Below, in pieces: positions 45,955 through 58,463 of a stretch of 64,000 nucleotides of DNA. Source of the stretch: Hormiphora californensis (taxonomy: Eukaryota; Animalia; Ctenophora); assembly GCA_020137815.1 (NCBI GenBank), contig CM035355.1:806001-870000 (forward strand), written 5' to 3'. Each line of letters starts with the position of its first letter. The first letter of the stretch is position 1. The position numbers were made by a program, and so were the translations under genes. Below the pieces are notes generated by a model. The model was not told where the DNA came from. It did no database searches and saw only the letters and a program-made list of their open reading frames with translations.

Positions 45955-47112
45955 ATGCCCGGAGAACTTGAAAGTCATGTGCTAAAATCGCACACCGGAT
46001 CGGTCAACAGTGTTTCTTTTCTTGACCACGATACTAAATTCGTCTCTGCGAGTGATGACTACAGCCTTAATGGTTGGGATGTGGAAACACGAAAGAACAT
46101 TTTCAAATTAAAAGGTCACCAAGCTCCCGTAAAAGCGTGTGTGTCAGCCCACGACGGTAATCGAGTCATTAGTGGATCATGGGACAGGACTGTTCGAAGC
46201 TGGGATTCGTCAACGACCAATTGTCTTTGGACAATCCAGCACGAGGCACTTATCCTAGGCTTATCCTTCAACGAGGAATCATCTCTAATTGCAGTCTGCT
46301 GTGATGACAAAACGACAAAGGTTTGGGATAACCGATCATATGAGGAAGTGGCCACTCTAACTGGTCACGAGAATTCGGTTACTTGCGCTGCTCAAAATGG
46401 AACGACCATCGCAACCGGAAGCCTTGACAAAGACATCAGGATCTGTGACATCAGGACGGGGGCCCTTTTGCTCTTGCTATCAGGACACACCTCCGCTGTT
46501 TCCTCCCTCGACATGTCCACTGATGGCCACAAGATCTGCAGTGCCAGTTGGGATAAAACTGTTCGGGTTTGGGACCTCCATGCAGGAACATACCGGACCC
46601 AGGGACCACGGATTATGTACGAACACGAGGGGTGTGTCAGCTGCTGTAAGTTTGCCAGCGACAACGAGAAAATTGTAAGTGCTGGGTATGACAAAACTGT
46701 GATCATCTGGGATGCCATGGCAACGAAAAAACGGCACCAAATCCGGGCACATGGTTCCTGGATTAATGGGGTAGCGATGAGCAGGGATAGTAGGTGGTTG
46801 CTGACCTGCAGTAAGGACCGTACCATCAGAATGTGGAATGTGAGCGATGCTGACAAAATGCCGGTTGTACTTCACAACAAGCTATCAATGGGGTACAAGT
46901 ACACTGAGTGCACGGACTGTAGTCGTACCTTCAAAGTGGAGCAGCGTGATTTAATAGAGACTGGTGAGGAGTTGACGCAGTGTGTGTACTGCAGGATGCC
47001 AGCACGAGATTACTATCTAAATGCAGGGGAGAGTGCTGCGGATTTGAAAGCTGCTAATGCTGATATGATACAGAAATCCCCTGTTCTGCAAGATGTTGCA
47101 CAAGAGGCCTAA
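45955..47112 (+). CDS. WD40-repeat protein (7 repeats) with C-terminal CxxC...CxxC motif, 385 aa
   Basis: Repeated GH...WD units (e.g. GHTSAVSSL...SASWDKTVRVWD); C-terminal CTDC...CVYC. Confidence 0.9.
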   Translation: MPGELESHVLKSHTGSVNSVSFLDHDTKFVSASDDYSLNGWDVETRKNIFKLKGHQAPVKACVSAHDGNRVISGSWDRTVRSWDSSTTNCLWTIQHEALILGLSFNEESSLIAVCCDDKTTKVWDNRSYEEVATLTGHENSVTCAAQNGTTIATGSLDKDIRICDIRTGALLLLLSGHTSAVSSLDMSTDGHKICSASWDKTVRVWDLHAGTYRTQGPRIMYEHEGCVSCCKFASDNEKIVSAGYDKTVIIWDAMATKKRHQIRAHGSWINGVAMSRDSRWLLTCSKDRTIRMWNVSDADKMPVVLHNKLSMGYKYTECTDCSRTFKVEQRDLIETGEELTQCVYCRMPARDYYLNAGESAADLKAANADMIQKSPVLQDVAQEA

Positions 47113-47680
47113 CACTCCCCCCTGGCCCCTCTATTGATGCAATAAAGTGATTGCAGTAGAGCTCTTGCACAATGACTTTAACCTATATTCAGAGTTTTTA
47201 GTATCCCTGTCCCTCAGTGTAAATATATATTATCCCCCTTTGTGTACAGTTATCATGTAAAATATCGATAAGTTATTGAATAATAATATAAGTTTTATGC
47301 GACGTAGTCAATTCCTTTTCTTACTAATCCCTTATCCCATGCGATCCTAATCACATCTTCCTTTTTATGAATTTGTCCCTAAATTGAGTTTTGTTGGAAT
47401 AGCATGTCTATGACCTGTCCCTTCTTCGTTTGTGTGTCTGTTCTATCTTGAGGAGACCTGAAACTGTCTTATCTCACCCCCCCCTCTCCTTCTCGTCATT
47501 GACTCTCCTCACAAGTGCTTTATCTCTGTCATTCTCTATCTTCCTCTTCCTTCTCTAGATTTTCTCTCTGTAAAGTTTCTCTCTCCGGCACTTACTGCAG
47601 CTCCCTCGCTATCTGTGTTCAACCTCCATCTCTCTCAATATATCTTTCTCTCTTCTTCTCTCTCTTTCTCTCTCCCCCCC

Positions 47681-47712
<32 letters not shown>

Positions 47713-48405
47713 CTCCCCTGCCCGTTTGTTCCTCGGGTCACTTCCTCCCCGCCACCCTACCAAACCGGTTTGACGGCCGCCTTTTGCTCTCTCTATCTCT
47801 CTATCACACTCTCACTTTGACTCTATCTACACTCCCTTCTTCTCCGTGACTTCCCTGGAATGCTGCCGGCACGAGTGGAACTGAGAACTTCACCTTCGCA
47901 TTTTATTCTAAACAGTTAATATTATCGGAATAAGAACACAACAATTCTCCATCTTTTCAATATCTTCACACAAAATAGTGACATTGCAACTTTCAAGCGT
48001 GCCGATTTTTCTAGAACATGCCCCTTATCAGCCTCATTTTATTGAATGGGCTTGAACAATCATTAAAATTCATGATCCTTCTACCTGATTCCTTTTCATA
48101 CTCTCGGTGTCACAATGTTCCACCCTAAACCATTGTTTTAGTTCTGACTCCTATTCTCCCAGAAAAGCTGCCCCAGAAATCAGAACCCTCAGAACCCCAA
48201 TCTAATTTATACCCTTTTTATCACCCTACCACCCCAATATCAAAGGGTGCATTACCCCCATTCTAAACTCCCTCCCTCCCCATTCTAGGTATAGCAACCC
48301 CATTCTAAACCCCCCTCTCCCCAGACTAAACATCACTCTACTGCCCCAGACTAGGCACCCCCATGTCGATGTGTTGGTGAACAGAGCGCCACCTGATCGT
48401 TATGA

Positions 48406-51400
48406 ATGATGGTCACTGAGAAGCCAGTACCCATGAGCCCGTGTGGCCAGTTCATCAAGACAAGTCATGAGCTAGGCAAGGGCAACCAGCGGGTCGTATA
48501 CCGTGGAGTTGATGTTAGGACGGGACGATGTGTCGCCTGGTGTGAACCTAAGGTACGAACTGATGTTATATCATCATGTATATCACTTCGAACAGCGGAT
48601 CTGCCTTGCTTGTTTTGAACCGTTCGTCCCATCGTGGAGAACGAACAGTTCAATCACGTACATATTTGCCTCGTTGTTGTTTTTTCAAAAACAAACAGGG
48701 CAATAGTGTTTATAATTTGGGCATCCTTCCAGTTCTCTGGTGATTTTAGGGCGTGATGTTTTACTCAAATCAACATTTCACCCAACCTTTTACTTCAGCT
48801 TTCTTTCTACGGAAAGGATTTATCAAATTGATCTTTCTTCAATCTCTAAAAAACAGTAAAAACTCAACTCTCCATATACCCCTTCCCAGTTCAAGAAAGA
48901 GAAGGATTTCATCTCCTTTATCCGATCCTCTATCCTCCTGGAGACAGTTCACCATAAGAACATTGTGGCCTTCCTAGAGATGTGGGAACCCTCACCCTCC
49001 GGTAGCAGGACACCCATCCTCATCACTGAGTTGATGAGCTGCTCTCTTACACAGTGAGTTGATCAAGGGATAATACAGTGAGTTGAACAAGGGTGTTTTT
49101 ACATATTAGATTTGGGTTCTTGGTTAGGGTTTTTACAGCTGGGTTTCCAATAAGGGAGTGTCCCCAGTGGTCAATATAAACTGTGATTTTTACTGATTTT
49201 CAAGACGTGTACTTCATTACCTATACAGTGTAAAATGTGTCCCCCTCTCTTTCTGATATTTTATTCACTTTTTTCCTTCCCTCGGCAAGCTAAATCTGGC
49301 GACCCTAGTGTGTATGTTATTTCCTCTGTCCTGTTCTCACACCACCACTAGGGACAGTGAAATATATGCGTACACGTACGTGTGTTTACTAGTCATTCCT
49401 GTCTCTTTTCTTCTTTCTCTTTCTCTGACTATATTTTCTCTTTCTCTGACTATGTTACTAAGTGTGTGAAGGTTAGTGTTGTCTCTCTCTCCTCCCTGGT
49501 GGCTGAGGAGAGTAACCTAACTTGTTACATTAACAAGAATACACATGTAACCTAACTTGTTACTAACAAGAATACACATGCATATAGTTGCAATGGGGCG
49601 TGATATATACGTTTTGTAGGAGAACTGCTTATTGTCTCTATCTCTTCCTTTCTCTCTCTCTCTCTATCAGCTCTCTTTCCCTCTTCCAAAGTCTTTACAA
49701 TTACCCATTTCTAAGGAAATAACGAATGAAAGTCCCCCCCCCCCGGTGTGTACAACTACTCACATGTTACATTGTTTGTTCACACTATGTAGTACATCAC
49801 ACCTTCTTTGTACAGACTTCACCGCCACTATCACTACATTGGTGTGTTCTAATAGTGTTCTAATAACCCAGGGGGTGTCCTCCAATAGCCTAATGTAACC
49901 CATCTTTGTATCATTAGCTGCACACTGTACATGCAGACCAAAATGAGTGTACTAAAAGCCTGAAAGAGAGAGAGGGAGTAATGCCTGAAAGAGAGAGAGA
50001 TAGAGTGAAGGAAAGAGGGAGAAAGAAAATGAGATTGGGAGGACGGGTGAAGAATAAAAAGAATTGCTGCTGCAGCTGTCGAGAGAGTGTTCCTGGAAAG
50101 AGATGGAGATAGAAAGAAAGGGAGAGAGAGAGAATGGAGGTACTGAGGGAAAATGAATGTTCCAGTCTATGACGCTATCCACATTCACACCTCTCCCTTT
50201 CTTCCATTGACCATTTTATACATCTCTTCCAACTATTGTAGTTGACACACTGACACTCTCATGAAACACCAAAATATTGGCAGTACATTCACTTAGTAAA
50301 TGTATTGATTCACAGATCTTTACCTCCCTGTCCCTCATTCCAATGTATGATTCACCCAATGGGAGTTGACAGAGCTTGGTACTTGGATGTGTACTAGCCC
50401 AATTGGTTGGATGAGGCTTTAATTTGACGACACTCTTCAAAACCTACCAATTGGCAATACTCTCCCACTATAATAATGTACTTCTCTCTTTCTCTCCATC
50501 TATCTTTATCTATCTTTATCTATCTCTCTCTCTATTCTGAGTGCCGTAAATCTACGACAACATGGATGATCGTGATTAGAGACCTATTATAATCCACACA
50601 AAGACAGGGAGAGAGGGAGATAGGGAGAGAGGGAGAAGGAGAGAGAGAGAGAGAGAGAGAGGGAGATACAGAGAGAAAGAAGGAGAGGGAGAGAGAGAGA
50701 GAGATGGCTTGTTTGATTGTTTGTCAGTTCGTTCGTCACATATTGTATCATGTCTGTGTGTGTGTGTGTGTGTGTGTATTTGGCATTATTTCTCTAAATC
50801 TGCAGTTCTTGGTAACATCATGGCAAATTTTTGTTTTGGCTTTTGCCAATGAAGACGACACGCATGGATGTTCCGTTTTGCACAGAAAAAGAAATAAAAG
50901 ACAGCATTTAGTTCAGCAGAACTCATGACCAATTGATTACGTTGTGTTTCTATCTCTGTCAACATGTTTCCGCCTCTTTTCGGGTACCAGCTTCCGTCTC
51001 TCCAACTATGTCATGTGCAGGGACACTGTGTGTTTGTCTGTGTGTTTGTGTGTCTGTGTGTTTGTCTGTGTGTCTGTGTGTGCATGTGTGTGTGTGTGTG
51101 TGTGAGAGGCGGTAAAATGTCCTCGCTTCCAGGAAGTGGAAGAAATGTAGACATAATATTGACATAGAGAAACTCCCCTCTCTCTACTAGCCCCCCTCTT
51201 TCTCCCTCAGACTCTCTCAGTATCTCTGAGAGACTTCCCACCTCTCTGTATTTGTCTTTCATTCCCTATCTCTATCAGTCATCTTTCTCTGGAACAGTAT
51301 TTTTATTTCTCTTTTCCCCCGAATATTCAACCTATTACTCCTTAGTATTATTTTCGCCCAATTTAGCCTTGATTGGCTATGAAACATGGCCTAATGCACT

Positions 51401-54400
51401 TAAGGCTTTTAGAAGACCATTCTGACGTCCTTGGGTAAATCATTTAATGCATTAAATTCGAGAATGGTGAGGGATAGACAATATTCCTATTCCTCATTTC
51501 GTCTTTTCTATCTGTCTTTATTCTCTCTTTAACCCGCCTCCTCTCTCCTTTGATTAATTGGTGCTCTTAATGAGCAAAGAATGTGGGAGAGAGTGTGTGT
51601 GAGAGAGATAGAGAGAAAGAAAGAGAGTCAAGTGAAACAAGAAGATAAGATAACATAAATTTTAAGAAACAAAATGATCTCTACCAATAATACTACCCGA
51701 CAAACTCTCTATCACCTGATTCTCGTGTTAATTAGAACCAGGGTTAATTATCGATCACTTGCACTATTATGAACGGAGTTGATTAGTGGAAATTATCCGG
51801 GCCACGATATTGGCGTAACGCCAAATTATATGGAAATAACATCCGTAACGTCTCCTTTCCTCTAACTCGTAAATAATATATCACTCTCACTGAGCTTTCT
51901 CATCACTTTCGAATCATGGGGGGTCTAGAGAGAAGCCCCTGATAAGAGATAAGACCTGGCATTCTCGTCCATTTCTCTCCCATTTCCTATCATTCTCTCT
52001 TTACCCCCTCCCTCTCCTCTTAAAGTTTCCTCCCTAACCCCTCCTTCCCTCCCCAGGCATTTCAAAGGCTCCCCCCGTGGGTTCGACCATGCGGTGATTC
52101 AATACTGGGCGAGGCAGGTCCTGGAGGCGATTAAGTATCTACACTTTAACGGATCTCACGTTATTGTACACAGGTAAATACAGGTAGAATAATCGGGGAT
52201 GGTAATCGTACTTGTTGTTTTTTAGAGTTGCTACCAATGCTATAACCGTCTGGAGATTGTTGCTTACTGCATCTTCAATATTTTAACTATCAAATACCAT
52301 TACTTAATGGTGGTGATCTAAGGGAGGGGGGTTGATGATCGTCTATCATGTTGTGGTGGGGGACTACTCAGGAGAAGGGTTTACTAGACAGATCTCTGGT
52401 ATTTAGATTTGGGTGGTGCCACAATGTATCAAATACTAAATAGTCACTGCGCTGGCAAGCGCAAAGGTGACCATCTCCTCCCCCCCCCCCCAGCCGCGCG
52501 TGCCAGAATGCAGTAATAAGTTTTTTCAGTTTTTAGCCAAAAATGGCATTTTGCGACGCCCATAGCGAGGCCCCCACTGCACCGATCAGTCTGAAATTTG
52601 GTATACAGTGTCACATAGTCTAGATCTACTGTAGTTTAAAAGGGCAAGTCTCTATCTCTTTCAGTTTTAGAGATACAGCATCGTGCCAAAAGCAATAAAT
52701 GTCCCGGGTCTATCTATCTATCTATCTATCTATCTATGGATAGACGCTGTTTTTACCAAATTTATAATCATTTTTGAGAGAAAACGACATAAGATAGACA
52801 CTTCTCGTTTGTTGCATTCGAAAGATAATCGTTCGAATTGTGTAGTCGAATAGTTTTCATGTTCTAGGTCCACCCAGAACGTCTTAACAAAGTGTCATAA
52901 AGAAAAGACATTTTACAAATCAACCAAATTTCTTTGAGCTCAGTTTACACCCTGAAGACTGATTGAAAAACGGAGACCACACTTATGAAAGATAATCGAC
53001 TAAACTTTCAGAAACTATATCGCAAATTTGTGAAACTCTATTTCTAAGGGTCTCAAATCGCGTCTGAAGTGTTAAGACTGTATGAAAATAGATATGACGA
53101 ATGTGCGTTTTTCGCCATAGCGACCTTAAATCTTGTCCAATCGATCTCAAACTTGGTCAGCCTCTTTAACTAGATGAGGCTGATAATAATACATCCACAT
53201 CATGACGTTATAACGTCGTGACGTCACGTTATGACGTCACAATGACGTCAAAATTGAAATTTTTGTATTTCAGCGATTCCGGACGGTCTTTACACGTTCT
53301 GCTACGTCCAGACATGTATAACATCGTATTTCACATCGGAAAATACCAAAAATATACCCAAATTATGCCAAAAACTAACAGAAATTAGTTGGCTGGAAAG
53401 GTGACCACTTTTGTTGTCAAACTGACACCTTTACTCGGCCCGGGTTACGGATATCATCGATGGGGCAAATCAGGGGGAAAATCAGGGAGTTGGAGAGAGA
53501 GAAAGAGAGCGAGAGAGATAGAGAGATAGAGATAGAGAGAGAAATCAGAGAGGGGAAGATAGTGATGTCAAAACCCGGAGAGGGCAAAGGTGTCAGTTTG
53601 ACAACAAAAGTGGTCACCTTTCCAGCCAACTAATTTCTGTTAGTTTTTGGCATAATAGAATATATAGAATGAAAAGTTGATAAGAGAAATAGGTGGGATG
53701 TAGAATAAAAAAGTTGACATGAGACAGTGAGAGAAGCCAGCAATATAACTTCCAAGTTCGAGAGACGCCTAGACTGAGAGGTGGGGGAGGTGTTATAAAA
53801 CGCTTCTTAGTGCGGTTACGTAATCCTTTAGAGAATCTTATTTATGACTATGACACAATGTGTGTGCATACATTATAATACCGTCCGGCTCAGGATGGAC
53901 AGGGGTCTGGGCCCTTTGCTAATTGCATATAATATGAAGAGAGATCTGAGAGAACACCCTGTACGGGTACATTATTAATATGACGTGATCAACTGCTATA
54001 GCCCAACTGTTGTGTGTGGGTGTTGTTAATACATTACCATTGAACGGGTACATTGAGAATATAAAGATGTTTCTAAAGTTGGGAATCTGTATTTTACTGG
54101 GATATTACTCAAACTTAGAGATTGGCCTAGGTCTGGGAGATTCAGTGATATAAGATCATGAAATGAGAGAGGAATGTGTGAACCTCGCATAAACAATATC
54201 AGATCACATGCTTGAATCCGATCTGTGGAACTTCCACTGTGCTAGAACACATGGATTTGGAAAGAAATAAAACACTTGGAAATATAAAATAAATTCATAT
54301 TTTCTATCGAGAAATGGGAATAAAGAACTAGTAAAGAGAGGTTGCATGAATTGCTTGATAGCATGCTAAACGGCCCTGCTAACTATTTTCTGTCTCCATT

Positions 54401-57400
54401 TCAATCGTTTTCAGTCTCGATATAATGCTCTTTTAATCTTTATCATCTCCTCCTCCTGTCTTTCTATCTTTCTATCTCCTTCTATCTTTATTTAACCCCA
54501 ACCTCTCTCTCAGGGCGATCAGGTGTGATCACATTGGGATCAACCAGTCTTCAGGGGATGTGAAACTCAGCAGCTTTTGTACGGCTGTCGTCAAGGTAAC
54601 TATCTATTTTAAATAGCCCCATATTAGGTAACAATCTCATTCCCCCTCTAGAGTCCTTATTCTGATATACCCCTCTGATATACCCCTCAAATCCACCATT
54701 ATTTCAATCCCCCTGACTGCCTGTATTAATTTCTCAAACCTCGTGCACAATATATTATGTTGTTTATTTCCCATGATGAATATATTCTCATCACCCAACT
54801 ACCATATCGACCAACTGTCATATTACGGTTTTAACTGATTGCCTATAAGACATGGTGTAGGATAATCATATTTTGTCGGGACAGTGTTAAAAGGATTACC
54901 TAGATACAACTTGAGAGAGAGAGACATACTTCTTAGACGTAACAGGGTTTTGTTTGTATAAATCACCAGACATTATAAGCCACTTTGAGTGTGTTTAGAA
55001 CATTCAATGACGTGTGTATTTGACAAAGCAATCTCGTGTTTATCATACGATTAGTGTCTACAAAATACCACCCCTAGAGACTGCTGCAGTGGTCTCTAAT
55101 CGCCAGCCCCTACTACCCCAGCCCCTATCTAAATCCCTAACTATCTCCCCAGCACCCCTACTAAACCCCCTATCCCCCAGCAACCCCTACTAAACCCCCT
55201 ATCCCCCAGCAACCCCTACTAAACCCCCTATCCCCCAGCAACCCCCCCCCCCTGGCCTAACTCTATATCCGCAACACCCCTTTACTAACCCCTACTAGCT
55301 ACTAAGTACTGCCCCAGCCCCGTCTAACCCCTAATCTCCGCAGCACCCCGGTAAAGAGTTGGATGAGCTAGTGGAACCCCCTGAGTTCATGTCACCAGAG
55401 ATGGTGCGGGAGAAGTACGACCAACGGACTGATGTTTACAGTTATGGTCTAACTCTTCTTGAGATGATAACTCAGGTGAGCAGACAAACAAACAAACAAA
55501 CAAGCAAATAAACAGAAAAACAAACAAACAAACAAACAAACAAACAAACAAACAAACATAAAACCTCACTCGAAATATTAATTATTCATTTCGCATAATG
55601 GGCGGTGGGGTGTGGGGTGGGGTGTGGTTTCAATCTACTACAACATAGTGCTCTATATTTTATGTACATTGTACCCCCTAACCAACTCTCACACGCCTTC
55701 AATACCTGAATGGAAGTTTAAAAAGAACCTAGATCTAGCTAGATTGCTACAGAAACAGACGTGCAATGAGGGCGTTGGCGTTATAGCTGTCGGCACGGAG
55801 TGTCCAGACTTTTTAATTACCAATTACAAATTATATTATATGCATACTGCAGTATGCACTGTAACACACACACACACACCAACTCTTGCTTTGCTAGGTT
55901 ACTTTATTACCACAAAGCCTGCCATGGTTTCCCGATTCTTGTGGTAAAGTAGTAGTGGTATAGTGGTAGGCCATGGTTCACGGTCTTTTGAGAAGAACCG
56001 CAAACTCCTTTACCACTATACTACAGTCGTACAAAGCCTACAAATACACAGACACACAGACAGATAGACAGACACACGGACATAGACACATACACTGTTT
56101 GTGGGTACAGCAGTTTATAATCTGCTATTATTATGTGCGGCCAAATAATAATGTAGGCCGCTAAGATCAGTGTATACTAATTGCGTGTATGTGAGACTGA
56201 CAGAGAGCTAGCAAGACAGATGTTAGTGTGTGAGGGAAATCTCTTGTGACGTATAAACGGTCTACCTGGGGGGATATATCAGGAATATTTCTCGGGACTT
56301 AGCTTCCTTTCGATTGTACTCGATTCTTCCTTTTACACCTGCTCTAAGCATGGGAGCTAAAAGAATTCTAGGAATTTGTCGTTTCTATTCAGTCTCACTT
56401 TATCTCTACTACTCCATCCTTCTTCATCCCTCCTGGAGGGAAAGGAGGGAAGGGGACACTCCAACTATAACGTGCTGTTGGGGATATATCAGGGGATATT
56501 CAAGTAAAATAGAAATGGATTTATAAATTGTAACATAACGGAACGATCTATGATCCTTCTTAGAATATTCCGATGCATTAAAGTGCATATATATTCTCCC
56601 TCGAGACTCTCTCCAATAGTTCCAGATCCTTTCTCTATACCTAAAACTTGTTCGTGACCATTTAAAACTTTAAAAACTGCGGGAGAGGTATCCGCTACTA
56701 ACATCTGACTACTAGAAGATTCGGTTTGTAGAAGCCTACTTACGATATGGACTCCAGGAATAAAATTATGAGCATACCAGTGACAAAAATAGTTGAATTG
56801 TTGCCAAGATTGTCGATATGGATATCTCTCACTTTTTGAAGCTCCGCCTATCTTTCTCTTCATTCCAGTTGGGAGAGAGAGAGAGCATTTTACCCGATTC
56901 AGTCTAAAGACTGGAAACTGAAACCTTGCACTGGAGATTCTGGATTGGCAATATATAAAATTCACGAATTATATTCGACTCTATACTAATGAACATGTCG
57001 CCTATTAATATTATATTCCCCTTACACGACGCGTTCTCAGAAGTCCCAAGAAAATTAAACAAATCTAAAACTCTATTCTGGTATTACAATCTTTCTGGGA
57101 AGGAGTCGAAAATTTCAGAATAAATTCTGGGAAAATAAATCTCTGTTTGGTCTACTATTAGATAATTACTGAACTCAGTTTAACATCCAACTAAACATCA
57201 CCCACGGCCACCCTCCCTACAAGAGTAACAATATCCAACTAACTATCACCCCCCTCTCCAGGAGTACCCCTACGAAGAGAGTGACACGACCAGCCAGACG
57301 CTCAGTTGCCTACAATCTGGTCGATACCCAAAGGCCCTTGAGTCCGTTACATGTCCCTTCAGTAGGAGTCTTGTTCGGGGCTGTATAGAGCATGATAGGG

Positions 57401-57845
57401 ACGAGAGGATGACGATGGAGCAAATCCAAAATCATCCTTTTTTCGAGGTAATTATTAATTAGTCCAGAGAGGTATAGAGAGCCGGTGCCATTCTTTATAT
57501 CGCTATTGGGTTTTATCTCTTGTTTCATGTGTTTGTCTAGCAATATAGTTTGTGAAGCACTAGGGGTTGTTGTTCAAGTGCCTGTATACTACCTCCTTGT
57601 GTTCAAGATGTGTCCCTTATTCCCCTATTTGTCTCCCCAGCTACAAGTGTTCTGTGTTCTCTCCCCCTTCCCTTTCTGTCCAGCTGCAGGGAGAGTACCG
57701 CCCTCCGATGAAAAGCACGGCTCGCACCACTAACGGCCATAGCAACCATCATAACAACCACCATCTCCATAGCAACGGGAAGGTACTGCACTCAGATTAT
57801 CCAACGTGCAAACCAAACGGTTTTAAATGTCCCGCCCTCGTTTGA
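48406..57845 (+). CDS. WNK-family-derived pseudokinase, 7 exons, ~330 aa
   Basis: Exons 48406-48552, 48890-49053, 52057-52173, 54514-54595, 55344-55475, 57262-57447 and ~57690-57845 have consistent phases. WNK-like motifs VAWCE, ITELM, PEFMSPE..EKYD..DVYSYG..LEMIT.EYPY and HPFF, but HRAIRCDH and KLSSF replace the catalytic motifs. Confidence 0.85.
52441..53656. mobile_element. Helentron-associated (HINE/DINE-1-like) non-autonomous element plus a 71-bp inverted repeat pair
   Basis: Terminal hairpin TGCGC-TGGCAA-GCGCA next to AAAGGTGACC, a motif that recurs at ~53397. Internal (CTAT)n at ~52710. Perfect inverted repeat 53362-53432 / 53586-53656. Classification is by architecture only. Confidence 0.5.
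55105..55343 (+). repeat. C-rich intronic tandem repeat ending at a 3' splice site
   Basis: Repeated CCCCTACTAAACCCCCTATCCCCCAGCAA units leading up to the acceptor at 55343. Confidence 0.75.
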
Positions 57846-58115
57846 TTTTAATTGTGACACATAAAAACGATTATATATCCTTTTTCTGTGTGTTATGCTT
57901 CCATTGAAAAACCACGTACCCGCCAAAATAATGATTCATTAACCCTCTCTCTCATCGTCATGGTATTTTTATAACCTCGTCTCTTTTTTGGTAGCATTTC
58001 CAAAAGTTAGCTAACAATAAACTTGCGCTGTGCGTTCAATCGTACAACAAGATCTTCTAATGTAGAATATTCTTCATGCTTCAATTAATCTCATCCTCTT
58101 CCCTCTCTATCTTTG

Positions 58116-58233
<118 letters not shown>

Positions 58234-58244
58234 CTCTCTCTCTG

Positions 58245-58295
<51 letters not shown>

Positions 58296-58409
58296 ATCTA
58301 TCTCTCTATCTTTGAATCTCTGTCTCTCTCTTTGAATCTCTGTTTTTATCTCTCTCCCTCTGTCTCGCTCTGTCACTCTCACTTGCACTACTTATAAAAC
58401 CACTGATGG

Positions 58410-58463
<54 letters not shown>

